From an uncultured bacterium (GTDB lineage Bacteria; Lernaellota; Lernaellaia; JACKCT01), in assembly GCA_964591275.1 (NCBI GenBank), contig CAZQAE010000023.1:6333-70332 (forward strand): a stretch of DNA of 64,000 nt, in the 5' to 3' direction. The translations under genes and the position numbers were made by a program. Shown here in pieces: positions 1 through 9,403 of the stretch (positions are counted from its first letter, which is position 1; each line of letters starts with the position of its first letter). The notes under the pieces are model-generated. The model saw only the letters and a list, made by a program, of their open reading frames with translations, had not been told where the DNA came from and did no database searches.

Positions 1-1288
1 AGAATATGTTCTTCAGCACATCGAGCGCCTTGATGCCGTTCTCACCACCGATCTCGATTCGAGACTGGGGGACCGATGCCACAACGAGTGTCCTGGGAGC
101 AGCCTTTGCGGCCTCGGTCAACGCCTGAGCAAAGCTTCCCTGTGAGTCGAATGTACCCGCTGGCAGATCGTTCTTGTCGAAGAGCTGCCGTGCATAAGCT
201 ACCCACTCATCGATGAGAATAAGGCAGGGACTGTAAGCACGAAAGAGCTTGCTCAAGGTATCTGAACCAGGGCTGGTTCCATTTTTATCGGAGTCAGCGA
301 CCATCGCGTAGCCCGGGGCTTTCCCGAGTTGCCATGCCATCTCACCCCAGATGGTGCGAACTTCGGTGCCATCAGACTTTACCGATACTTCTCCGGGTGA
401 AAGCGCCGTGCCCACAAGCACCGCACGGTTGGCTTTGGGAGCGACGTTCACTCCCGCGTCTGAAAGAACCGGTTCAATGCCTTCCAGGCTTCCAGTCTCC
501 ACCCCGCTGAAGAGGTGAAAGAGAGCGAGCATGGAGTGCGTCTTTCCGCCTCCGAAGTTGGTTTGAAGTTCAAGCACGGGGTCACCCCCGGAATCATTCA
601 TGCGTTGTAGAGCTCCGGCCAGGAGGTCCCGCAAACCGATTGTTATGTAAGTTCGGCGATAGAACTCGTGCGGATCGAGGTACTCCTCTGATCCCCGGTC
701 CTGGTAAACCTGCGCCAGGTCCGCCGCGAATTCAGCCTGCATATACTGTCCCGAGGCCACATCTTTGTGAGGGCTGATGATCTCCCGCCAAGGTTTCAGC
801 CCGGCCTGCGGCATCCCATCCAGATTTAGCTGCTGATAGCGCGTCTTGTTACGAGCTTGCTCCTGGAAAACCTGCCTCTGGAGGTCCACTCGCAGCGTGC
901 CGAGCTCTTCGGCAGGGTCAAAGGCGGAAACGGCCTGCAAGAGCCTTTGCATGGTATCGAGAGCGCGGTAGACATCATCTGAATTGAAGGGCTTTTCGTG
1001 TGCCCACTTGTTGCGGACCTCAATCAGCTCACCCACATAGGATCGCTCAACGTGCCCGAGCACATAGCGGAACACACTCTGCCAGTTGCCAGTCATCGCC
1101 ACGAAGAGCGCTTGAGTGTCCCAATGGATGCTATCTCCATCGCGCCTGATGCCTCGGATACGATTTGTGACATCATCAACCCAATAGCTGCCGAGCTTTG
1201 ACTTCAACTCTCGCTCAACAAAGGGGGTCAGCCCAGTTTTGGTATGGTCGAGTCCTTTGCGGATTCGGTCCCTGTTACTCATGGTCAT
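1..1288 (-). CDS. DUF499-family P-loop ATPase with N-terminal Swt1-like HEPN domain. This is the 5' 429 codons only; the gene runs off the window start.
   Basis: I translated the minus strand by hand from ATG at 1288-1286 (MTMSNRDRIRKG...). It has an Rx4H HEPN motif (EVRNKWAHEKPF) near residue 85 and a Walker A motif TNFGGGKTHS near residue 245. It lies 12 nt downstream of the methylase stop. It is absent from the ORF track because it has no stop inside the window. Confidence 0.7.
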   Translation of the reverse strand, partial: MTMSNRDRIRKGLDHTKTGLTPFVERELKSKLGSYWVDDVTNRIRGIRRDGDSIHWDTQALFVAMTGNWQSVFRYVLGHVERSYVGELIEVRNKWAHEKPFNSDDVYRALDTMQRLLQAVSAFDPAEELGTLRVDLQRQVFQEQARNKTRYQQLNLDGMPQAGLKPWREIISPHKDVASGQYMQAEFAADLAQVYQDRGSEEYLDPHEFYRRTYITIGLRDLLAGALQRMNDSGGDPVLELQTNFGGGKTHSMLALFHLFSGVETGSLEGIEPVLSDAGVNVAPKANRAVLVGTALSPGEVSVKSDGTEVRTIWGEMAWQLGKAPGYAMVADSDKNGTSPGSDTLSKLFRAYSPCLILIDEWVAYARQLFDKNDLPAGTFDSQGSFAQALTEAAKAAPRTLVVASVPQSRIEIGGENGIKALDVLKNIF

Positions 1289-1300
1289 TGTTCAATTCCC

Positions 1301-4150
1301 TCAATCAAAGAGTTCAGCCTGCGTGCCGGATGTAGACGTGGATTCGGTTTTACTGGCAAGCTTCTCCAACTCCGGCCATGCGATAACCAGGCCGTTGTAA
1401 GCACGAGCTTCCTCAGCCCACTTGTTGCGCTCGCAAGTAGTGTAGAGACGGTAGGCAAGGTTCCGCGCCTGCTCCGCCATTGGGCCAAGCTTCTTCAAAA
1501 GCGTTGCTGCGGCCTCCTCGCCGTCTTCTTCCAGTCGTTTGATAAGATGCTGGGTCGCCTCCCAGACCGTAAGACGCTTGTCGGCCTCCGGGTCCCAATC
1601 TTTGGGCAATTCTGCTCGTGTGAAGAGCCGGACCTTGCCTGCGGCGGAGTGAAGGACGCCTGCCTCTTGCACACCCTGCACGGATACGTTTCGGGCACGA
1701 GCAAGATTATCGGCCTCTCCGAAGGGACCGGCCTGGTATTGGTGGGTCTCGAACCAGGTCACGGCAAAGCGGGTGTCACCGTCGAGTGCGCCCTCTTCAG
1801 CACCCAAAGATTCGTCGAGCACCTGGTTGATAAGTTGGAGGGCACTTCGAACCGTCATAGCCGAGCCGTCGGCCTCGATGACTTTCTTGTACTTGGAGAA
1901 AACCGCCATGCCTGGGCCGATGGAGGATTGAGCGAGGTCAACGGGAGCAATGTTGCTCTTCTGGAGGTTTTGGAGTGCGCTGGGAAGCTCGGCGCGAAGA
2001 GTACGAATGAAGTCGCGGCGGGTTGTTATCGGTGCGTCCTCTGGGCGCTTGCGGCAGACGAGCACGATGCTAGAAGCAAGCACATTGCTCCCAGTCTTCA
2101 AACCTTGGTCGCGCTCCGTGCGTATGGGCCATGTACCAATTATGTTTAATCCAGCCTCTATGACAGCATCTAGGAAAGTTTCCCAACCAGTGCTAACAGT
2201 GCCTTCATCTTTTTTGCTTTCAGATTGCTTAAAGGCGTAGTAGATGGTCACAGGAAAAGCAGGGTGAGCTTGTTCTGCGATCCGTTGCATCGCCGAAGTC
2301 ATCCCACCCATGAAAAATTTCTCAGCTTGTACTTTTCCACCATGACGATGGGCAGCCGACACCAGTTCCTCAGACTTGGGAACCACTATGGTACTGAGTA
2401 GTTTTGGATATATATCCTTAAGGCAGGGTCGAAGCCAAACATAAAAGAAGTCTGATAGCTCTGCGTACCCAATATTATCGAAGTATGGTGGATCCGTAGA
2501 AACAATCCGCCTTTTACTTTGAATTTGCTTTTGTGCGTCCATTTGGACAGCAATACCAACCTGCGAAGCAGGTAAGGAAGTTTCAAGCACTTTGCAAATC
2601 CAGTTGATTGCACCCGACCAGTTGCCAGTCGAATCTGAAAACGGATTTGCTTCAGCATGGTCCCACACCATCCGAAGTGCGTTACGTCCAAATGTCTGTA
2701 CGATAAAATTGCCTGCCCATGGTGTTAGAGAAGACCAATAGTTGACACTACGTCCAACACCGAGTCCAGTGTAGGTAGCGATTGCATCAGCATAATCATG
2801 AGCAAAACTATCAGCGTCACTGTATCCCAATCGCGGAGCGCGATAAAAGTCTATTGCTGCATCTTTCCGCACCTTCTTCCAACACTCTCGCACTAACTCA
2901 CTAAACGTGACGAGTGCAGTTTGCTGTCGGGAAGTAAATGCATCACCCCATTGAAACATTCCGTACATCGGCAACCTATCGACATCATGGCATTTTGTTG
3001 GAACTGGAATGTTGGGCTTCCCAATAGGCTCTGGCGGAAAAGCCAAGGACTCCGATTGACTCTGTGGATCAAGAAAAACACGCTCCGACCTACCTTCCGC
3101 AATTATCGCTAAAAGGCGTCGCCCCATTCTTCCTGCCTGAGCTTCGGAACGAATGTATGCAGTATTGATAACAGAGCCAGATATTAGACATTGAAAAACT
3201 CCACGGCCTGTCTTAGTACCAGATTTAGAGATCATTGGGTGGAGTGGTACTCTGCGTCGTATTCTAAATAAATAAACGCTGCCATTAACGATTGGTTCAA
3301 CATAGGCTTCTTTCCCTTTTATTGTACTGAGTATAAAAGTAGAAATCAATGGCACGTCCACCTGACTAAACGCTGGATTTGGACTCTTCACCGTCCTTGC
3401 CCAAAGCCAGGCAATCACCGTAAGTTCTTGCCCGCGATATTTCTCAAGATCAGGACGCTCGGTGACCATTTCATTCGTGATTTTAACTTTTGGGTATAAG
3501 TGTCCAATTCGCTCATCAGCCTCGTCTCGCATCCACTCGGCATAATAGCGAACGTCCTCGGCAAGACCACCCGCACTCTTCCACTCCTTTTCAATGAGTG
3601 ATTTCTTACTGTGAGCTTCGAGGTTCACGGGCGGCATCCCTGCAAACTTGGGGGGGATTTCAATCATTGCCTTGTTAATAAGTACTGCAACCGGGTTCAG
3701 GTCTGATGCGCAGGACTCCAATCCCAATCGTTGAGCTTCCAAAGGTAATGTGCCACCGCCTGCAAAGGGGTCGTGGAAGGCGGGAAGCTTTTCTGGATCT
3801 TCCCCCGTCTCCTCACAAGTTCGTGCCCATGATTTCTTGATCTCGGCCCGAGCCTGATTGAGCACCTCTTCGTTGTTGGTGTTCTCCCACTTCACCAGTT
3901 CACGAATCAGATCAAAGAGGCGTTCTCGCTCTTTCACTACTTCTTCATCGCTGAGTCCCGGAATGGAGCCTGGATCGTCCACCATCTGGGCAAAGATAAC
4001 AGCTCGTGCTGCTGCGAGAGGGCGCCGTGCCCACCACAGATGCAGGGTGCTTGGGTGACCATGCCGAATTGACTTTTCGCGTTTACAGGCGGCGTTGATA
4101 TCATCAAGAGGGAGCGCCACCTCAATCAGCTTCTTTCGAGAAGTACTCAT
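1301..4150 (-). CDS. DUF1156 (COG1743) DNA methyltransferase, N6-adenine/N4-cytosine type, 949 aa
   Basis: The N-terminus (KKLIEVALPLDDINAACKREKSIRHGHPSTLHLWWARRPLAAARAV) matches the DUF1156 signature. SAM motif I is DPFAGGGTLPLEA and catalytic motif IV is STDPPYFDNIGY. Confidence 0.85.
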   Translation of the reverse strand: MSTSRKKLIEVALPLDDINAACKREKSIRHGHPSTLHLWWARRPLAAARAVIFAQMVDDPGSIPGLSDEEVVKERERLFDLIRELVKWENTNNEEVLNQARAEIKKSWARTCEETGEDPEKLPAFHDPFAGGGTLPLEAQRLGLESCASDLNPVAVLINKAMIEIPPKFAGMPPVNLEAHSKKSLIEKEWKSAGGLAEDVRYYAEWMRDEADERIGHLYPKVKITNEMVTERPDLEKYRGQELTVIAWLWARTVKSPNPAFSQVDVPLISTFILSTIKGKEAYVEPIVNGSVYLFRIRRRVPLHPMISKSGTKTGRGVFQCLISGSVINTAYIRSEAQAGRMGRRLLAIIAEGRSERVFLDPQSQSESLAFPPEPIGKPNIPVPTKCHDVDRLPMYGMFQWGDAFTSRQQTALVTFSELVRECWKKVRKDAAIDFYRAPRLGYSDADSFAHDYADAIATYTGLGVGRSVNYWSSLTPWAGNFIVQTFGRNALRMVWDHAEANPFSDSTGNWSGAINWICKVLETSLPASQVGIAVQMDAQKQIQSKRRIVSTDPPYFDNIGYAELSDFFYVWLRPCLKDIYPKLLSTIVVPKSEELVSAAHRHGGKVQAEKFFMGGMTSAMQRIAEQAHPAFPVTIYYAFKQSESKKDEGTVSTGWETFLDAVIEAGLNIIGTWPIRTERDQGLKTGSNVLASSIVLVCRKRPEDAPITTRRDFIRTLRAELPSALQNLQKSNIAPVDLAQSSIGPGMAVFSKYKKVIEADGSAMTVRSALQLINQVLDESLGAEEGALDGDTRFAVTWFETHQYQAGPFGEADNLARARNVSVQGVQEAGVLHSAAGKVRLFTRAELPKDWDPEADKRLTVWEATQHLIKRLEEDGEEAAATLLKKLGPMAEQARNLAYRLYTTCERNKWAEEARAYNGLVIAWPELEKLASKTESTSTSGTQAELFD

Positions 4151-4614
4151 GTGGATGCCTTCTTCAGTTTAAATGATGATTTGGCACAAAGGAACTTCTC
4201 GCCTGGACCAGACAAGTAGAGAAAGCTCTGTGGTGGATGGAATCGACCCGCTTCGCTAAGCTTACGAAGCCCTTGAGGAGTGGAAGCATGTTCGTAGGCA
4301 CCCAAGACAAATACACCTAGTGTTTCACAGTTTGCACAATAGCTTTTGACTTCTTCTCTCGAAAGACAGAAGAGCTTATGTTGCTGCAGAGCCTCATCTC
4401 TCGTGATCGCACCAATCTTGATTATCGGTGCTCTTCCAACGATGGCTGAAACAGGTGCCTTCGCCCAAAGATATATCCAATCGGGCGTACCTGTGCGTGG
4501 ATATCGTTTCCTAATCACTCGTTTTAATGAACCGTTGCTGATCTTCTCCAGGTCGGTGGGAGAAAAGGAAACGACAACAGAACATAAACGCGATTCTGCT
4601 TTGAAAGTGATCAT
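4147..4614 (-). CDS. Small (155 aa) PUA-like/ASCH-like protein, occupying the slot usually taken by DUF3780 in DUF499/DUF1156 cassettes
   Basis: It overlaps the methylase start (4147-4150) and the helicase stop (4611-4614) by 4 nt each, so it is translationally coupled. The segment ISNGSLKRVIRKRYP...IVGRAPIIKIGAI resembles the ASCH beta-barrel N-terminus (IlsGkKtiEiRk). The family assignment is tentative. Confidence 0.45.
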   Translation of the reverse strand: MITFKAESRLCSVVVSFSPTDLEKISNGSLKRVIRKRYPRTGTPDWIYLWAKAPVSAIVGRAPIIKIGAITRDEALQQHKLFCLSREEVKSYCANCETLGVFVLGAYEHASTPQGLRKLSEAGRFHPPQSFLYLSGPGEKFLCAKSSFKLKKAST

Positions 4615-7600
4615 GCGGGTGTCGCTCCATGATTCAGTAGATCATCCAGCTTGTAGGCCGTTGCTACTTCGCCAAACCCGGGTTCTTTGAATGGGAAGGC
4701 GCGGATGTAGGTCAGCTCGGATACTGCATCCCCATAGATTATGGCTACTGCCAGAATGAACTGGTCGGGCGCGTTCACAGCACACCGTACTTCGTTAGTA
4801 GTCAGCGTGACCTTATCTGCACCCTTGGCTCTGCCCTTCACCTCAATGAAGCGAAGTGTGCCTTCGGCGTCCTGGGACTCAATGTCGTAGCCAATACCTT
4901 TTGTGGCGCTCACGTCTTTAGGAACGCAGTCCAGAGAGCGCTCAGCCTCCATAACCGCTGCCATCGCCAACGCCTCAACCCGCTTACGTGCCTCAGCATC
5001 TACTCCGTCATCAGGCGAAACCGGTGCATGGCCCTGGTGCTTCAGCAAGAGTCCCGCGGGGATAATGAGCGCGCCACCTTTGACCTGCGGTGGACCCGCC
5101 ATGATCTGCCTCTCCTTTTGCAGCTCATCCAGTCGTGACTGGAGCCGGTCAGCGAGCTTGTCGGCGCGTTCCTGCGCAACGTGGGCAGGTAGTCGAGTGT
5201 TCTTGCCGGCACGTTCCTTGTGTTTGAGCATCTGGGCGCGGTGATCCCAATGGTTGATCTCTTTTGTGAGCCGAGCCTTGACCTGCTGCTCCACGCGATC
5301 GGTCTGCTCCATACGCTGTGCTTTGATCTCATTTACATGCTCAGGGATCACATCGGTGATGGCGTATCCCATGACCTCGTTGTCCCAGTCTTGCCGCAGC
5401 CACTGCGCGTCCAACTCGGCTTCAATCAAGGAGTGTTCGTTTTCGGCCAAAGGACGGTAATCAAGATAGGGCGCTGCGCCTGCTGATCGGTAGTTGCCGT
5501 CGGGTCCAACCTCAACAAACTGAAGGCGCTTGGAGATGGTCAGGAAGTCCCCGTCTCGACCCCGACGACCATCATGGATTTCGTGCTCCAGGTAGAAGAG
5601 TATTCGTGGCGTCTCACTCGCGTCAGCTTCATCCACCAAGACAGCACCACGCTTCATCAGCTCGCCGTGCTTTTCTAGGACGAGGTCGATGGTGGCATCA
5701 AGAAGCGGGCTGCCAGGGCAGACCAGTTCGGCGCGAGGCTGCTGGTCAACCATGTCTTTCTCGAAACATATGCGCTCGTAACGTTCACCAAGCGGGGCGC
5801 CCATTCCTATCTGCCGATCCCGGCGACGCAGAGCTACAGGGACACGGGAGACCTCCCATCGGCCCGACTCACGGCGGTGGACCTTACCACCCAGGCGGGG
5901 GAAGGCATCGAGGAAGAAGGCTTGAATGAAGTGAGGCTGGAGTCTGCGGGCATGGGCGCGTTCCATCTCCTCTCGGATGCTCTGAATGTGCGTGGTGTCC
6001 ATCGAGTCGTTGACCAAAGCCCTTTCATCGAGAATCTCCAGGAGATGGTCATGGTTGATGACGCCGTCTACCGCTTCGTTGAGGCGTGCCTTGACCTCGG
6101 GGTCGTTGCCGTAGCAAATCGCATCCATGAGCATCTCACGAAGGGCTTTCTGATCGAAGAGCCTGCCGAGTACGTCGTAGACCTTGCCGCCGAGGGCTTC
6201 ACGCTCGGCTTCGAGCTTCTCCAGCAGGCGGACGTATACATCGCCCTCACGGGTATCTTTGGCGATCAAGTTCCACAAGTGACAGACCTCGGCCTGGCCG
6301 ATGCGGTGAATGCGACCGAAGCGCTGTTCCAGTCGGTTAGGATTCCAGGGCAAATCGTAGTTCACCATCAGGTGCGACCTCTGGAGGTTCACACCTTCGC
6401 CCGCGGCATCGTTGGCGACCAACACCAGGACTTCGGGGTCGTTCATGAACCCATTGACGATACTGCGTCGCTCTTCTCGGGTTACGGACCCGTGTATCTC
6501 TACGACGGCCTTGTCCCGCCCGAGCCGGTTTCGGATACGTCTGCCAAGATAAAAAAGGGTGTCCTTGAACTCACTGAAGATGACCAGCTTTCGACGGTTC
6601 CCGTCATCATCTGTCATCAATGGATCATCAAGGATTGTACTGAGTTGGTTCCACTTGGCATCTTGGCCTGAGCGCACCACCGTCCGGGCAAGCCCTTCCA
6701 GTCGTTTGAGTGTCTCGATCTCAATCTGAAGTTCTTCGATGGTCGCCGCTGCTGTAGCGTTGTCGATGAGTTGGGTCTCAAGATCCTCCCGCTCCTCCTG
6801 GGGAGCCTCATCGTAGGCATCATCAAAGTTGTCCTCAGTTATACCATCGAGCACAGAGTCAGAAAACTCCAGCTTAGCCTTCTCACCCTTGAGCAGGATG
6901 CGCGCCTCACGCAGGCGGCTCTCCAGCTTCTCGTGACGGCGCTTGAGTGATCTATAGATAGACTCAGGAGACGAAGCCAGACGACGTTGGAGGATCATCA
7001 AGGCAAAGCCCACGTTGACACGCCGTGTCCCTTCTCCTTCAGCGAATCGCTCGGCCCGGTTCATCTCCTCGCGAACGTAGTCCGTTACTTCTGTATACAG
7101 AGCCGCCTCGGGCGCCGACAGGTCATACTGAACAGTGTAGGAACGGCGCTCGGGGAAGAGAGGTTTGCCGTCGAACTTGTAGAGGTCCTCTTTGACCAAG
7201 CGGCGCATTAGATCTGAGGGGTCAGGCGTATGGACACCATCACGGAATTTGCCCTCGAAACGATCGCTATCCAACAGGGCGAGGAAAATCTGAAAGTCCT
7301 CGTTCTTCCCATTGTGCGGGGTTGCTGTCATCAGAAGAAAGTTCCGACAGTGTCTACCAACCAACTGGCCCAGCTTGTATCTCTTGGTGAGTTTGACCTC
7401 GTTGCCGAAGTAATGGCCGCTCATCCGATGGGCTTCATCAACGATGATGAGATCCCACTCGGTGGCGTGTATAAACTTTTCCTGCAGATCTTCGTTGCGG
7501 GAGAGTTGGTCCATCCGAGCGATGAGGTAGTTGTTGTGGTCGAAAGGGTTGGCCGTGCGTGAGCTTTGAATCATTTCTCGGTTAAGCAGATCGAAGTTCA

Positions 7601-8129
7601 GCCCAAACTTTTCATATAGCTCGTCTTGCCATTGATCCGTAAGGGACCCGGGAGAGATAATAAGGCATCGCTTGAGGTCACCCCGAACCATTAGCTCCTT
7701 GATGAGGAGTCCGGCCATGATGGTCTTACCGGCGCCAGGATCATCTGCGAGAAGAAAGCGCATCGGCTGACGAGGCAGCATCTCTTCATAGACTGCTGAT
7801 ATTTGATGCGGCAAGGGCATGATGATGCTGGTGGTGATCGCAACATATGGATCAAACAGCCAAGCAAGATTGATCCGATACGCTTCTGAGACAAGACGAA
7901 GGAGCGCACCGTCCCCATCAAAGGACCAGGGCTTACCGCCGGCGACAACCTCGATGCCCGGTTCATCGTCACGATAGATGAGGCGTTCTCCATACTGGCC
8001 AGAGGAGTCCTTGTAGACAAGCTTCATTGCCTGGTCTCCGATCCACTCTGCCGAGACGACGGTCGCAACACCAGTGGGCGAGATGCCGCTCATCCGCGCT
8101 CCAGCAGTCAATTCCTCTAGCTTCGCCAT
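4611..8129 (-). CDS. SNF2-family DNA helicase (1172 aa) with C-terminal DUF3883-like (NO VEIN-type) domain
   Basis: Helicase motifs present are I (LLADDPGAGKT), II (IIVDEAHRM), V (VANDAAGEGVNLQ) and VI (QRFGRIHRIGQ). The C-terminal approximately 120 aa (GYDIESQDAEGTLRFIEVKGRAKG...) is typical of DUF3883 appended to defence helicases. Confidence 0.85.
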   Translation of the reverse strand: MAKLEELTAGARMSGISPTGVATVVSAEWIGDQAMKLVYKDSSGQYGERLIYRDDEPGIEVVAGGKPWSFDGDGALLRLVSEAYRINLAWLFDPYVAITTSIIMPLPHQISAVYEEMLPRQPMRFLLADDPGAGKTIMAGLLIKELMVRGDLKRCLIISPGSLTDQWQDELYEKFGLNFDLLNREMIQSSRTANPFDHNNYLIARMDQLSRNEDLQEKFIHATEWDLIIVDEAHRMSGHYFGNEVKLTKRYKLGQLVGRHCRNFLLMTATPHNGKNEDFQIFLALLDSDRFEGKFRDGVHTPDPSDLMRRLVKEDLYKFDGKPLFPERRSYTVQYDLSAPEAALYTEVTDYVREEMNRAERFAEGEGTRRVNVGFALMILQRRLASSPESIYRSLKRRHEKLESRLREARILLKGEKAKLEFSDSVLDGITEDNFDDAYDEAPQEEREDLETQLIDNATAAATIEELQIEIETLKRLEGLARTVVRSGQDAKWNQLSTILDDPLMTDDDGNRRKLVIFSEFKDTLFYLGRRIRNRLGRDKAVVEIHGSVTREERRSIVNGFMNDPEVLVLVANDAAGEGVNLQRSHLMVNYDLPWNPNRLEQRFGRIHRIGQAEVCHLWNLIAKDTREGDVYVRLLEKLEAEREALGGKVYDVLGRLFDQKALREMLMDAICYGNDPEVKARLNEAVDGVINHDHLLEILDERALVNDSMDTTHIQSIREEMERAHARRLQPHFIQAFFLDAFPRLGGKVHRRESGRWEVSRVPVALRRRDRQIGMGAPLGERYERICFEKDMVDQQPRAELVCPGSPLLDATIDLVLEKHGELMKRGAVLVDEADASETPRILFYLEHEIHDGRRGRDGDFLTISKRLQFVEVGPDGNYRSAGAAPYLDYRPLAENEHSLIEAELDAQWLRQDWDNEVMGYAITDVIPEHVNEIKAQRMEQTDRVEQQVKARLTKEINHWDHRAQMLKHKERAGKNTRLPAHVAQERADKLADRLQSRLDELQKERQIMAGPPQVKGGALIIPAGLLLKHQGHAPVSPDDGVDAEARKRVEALAMAAVMEAERSLDCVPKDVSATKGIGYDIESQDAEGTLRFIEVKGRAKGADKVTLTTNEVRCAVNAPDQFILAVAIIYGDAVSELTYIRAFPFKEPGFGEVATAYKLDDLLNHGATPA

Positions 8130-8344
8130 TCGTAAAATTCCTTTCCCATCCCTGGGGCGGGAGAAAGTAAATAGTACACATCAACATGGTCTGGGTTCAG
8201 GGGGAATTCGCGAACCGCCACGCCTTTAGTGGTGTGAAGATTCATCACGTCACGATTCTGGACAATCCACCCTGTCATGCCGAGCATCCCATCAATGACA
8301 ATGCGGGCTTTCTCTTCCGGAGTTTTAGCGCCGGGAGCGTTCAT
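8117..8344 (-). CDS. 75-aa ORF resembling the N-terminus of an HsdR-type restriction subunit (HSDR_N motif); probably a gene remnant
   Basis: EEKARIVIDGMLGMTGWIV resembles the HSDR_N consensus (ea.tR..IDp.L...GW.v). It overlaps the helicase start by 13 nt in another frame. It is too short to be a functional nuclease domain. Confidence 0.25.
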   Translation of the reverse strand: MNAPGAKTPEEKARIVIDGMLGMTGWIVQNRDVMNLHTTKGVAVREFPLNPDHVDVYYLLSPAPGMGKEFYEWRS

Positions 8345-8900
8345 AAATTTCCCCGTCAGTTTCGCTCAATCTGATAACCCGGCCAATCGAAGGGATACAA
8401 TGAATCCAGATTTCACATAACCTTCAAACGCGCCTGACATTAAAGCGATTTCAGATCATAGGCCTCCGGCGATTCAACGTCAACGCGCAGCGCCGATACT
8501 CCGCACACAAAAATCCGTACGCACGGTCAATTTCCACACACCGGAAAAAATAATACACCGACCGGCATTTCACCGGCTGAGTGGGTCCCCTTTAAGGCGA
8601 GCCGAAGTCCCGGGGCCTTGCTTTGTCAGCCCAGAGGTTCAGACGGTAGGTCGGAAGTATGCGGGCGGTTTCTCATCCCGCGACCCAACAGGGAGCTGGT
8701 CGAGCACGACGAGGAGGAGGCCGAGAGCGAAGACACCTTGAAGTGGACTGTGCCTATAACCGTGCCCAGAATAATGGCCCATAACGGGAACTAACCGGAA
8801 GTATCCGGAAGTAACGAGAGGTGCGTGGAATGCATAAAAGCGAGATAATGCAAGGGAAGCGCCGTAATCTCGCATAGTTAGATGTTTCCGTTCGTTAGGG

Positions 8901-8923
8901 TTCGAACCCCGTCGCCCGCTAAA
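8901..8923 (+). repeat. Copy 1 of a perfect 23-bp direct repeat TTCGAACCCCGTCGCCCGCTAAA (tRNA T-loop-like GGTTCGAACCCC)
   Basis: There is an exact match to 12763-12785. An imperfect TTTTCTCATTT(T) motif also occurs in both regions: at 8968-8979 (about 45 nt downstream of copy 1) and at 12741-12750 (about 12 nt upstream of copy 2). Confidence 0.8.
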
Positions 8924-8964
8924 TGAAAGATGGTCCATAAGGCATTGTTTTTGCGGGCCTTTTC

Positions 8965-9339
8965 TCATTTTACAAGCCTCAAATGACTGGATCTTTCAGG
9001 CCGTTGACAGATTTCTTGACAACTTTCTTGCTTTTCAAGCCCAGGGAGCAGGCGATCTACGGCGTCTTTCGCTGCCTGACCAGGGCTGTGCGTGTACCTC
9101 ATCGTGACACGAATATCGGAATGGCCAAGGATTTTTTGTACGACTTCAAACGAAGTCCCATTCAGAACGAGCAGCGAAGCGAAGGAATGCCGAATGTCGT
9201 GAAAGCGAATGCGCTTCAATCCCGCCTTCACGCAAACTCGATGAAAGGGTTTACGAAATGAATATGCCGTCACTTGGTGCCCCTCTGGACTCACAATTGG
9301 TGCTAAACGCCTATCAGCATCAGAGGATGATTCTCCCAA
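8965..9339 (-). pseudogene. Tyrosine recombinase (phage integrase family) C-terminal catalytic fragment, 124 codons; 5' part of gene missing
   Basis: It contains the HxxR box (HDIRHSFAS) and the catalytic Tyr region (VTMRYTHS). There is no N-terminal core-binding or arm-binding domain. The upstream DNA is occupied by the start of the 9404 gene. Confidence 0.7.
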
Positions 9340-9403
9340 TTTGCTATTTCATGTTTTTAAGTTCACCATTCGTTGAGAATTTTCAAATTGACGGGGATAA
9401 TAA

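Noticed and set aside
1244-2149. 301-aa plus-strand ORF inside the DUF1156 methylase gene, and 5877-6671 plus inside the helicase gene
   Set aside because: They are antisense to genes with clear catalytic motifs and have no features of their own.
8880-8925. Possible tRNA gene (GGTTCGAACCCC T-loop-like) at the 23-bp repeat
   Set aside because: I could not fold a cloverleaf. Only a 3-bp T-stem forms and there is no matching 5' acceptor strand within 80 or 360 nt upstream. I interpret it as a 3'-end fragment/att remnant and not as an intact tRNA or tmRNA.
8640-8968. 109-aa minus ORF between the defence cassette and the 23-bp repeat
   Set aside because: It has no motifs and lies in a region that otherwise looks non-coding and degraded. 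It also overlaps the repeat copy itself.
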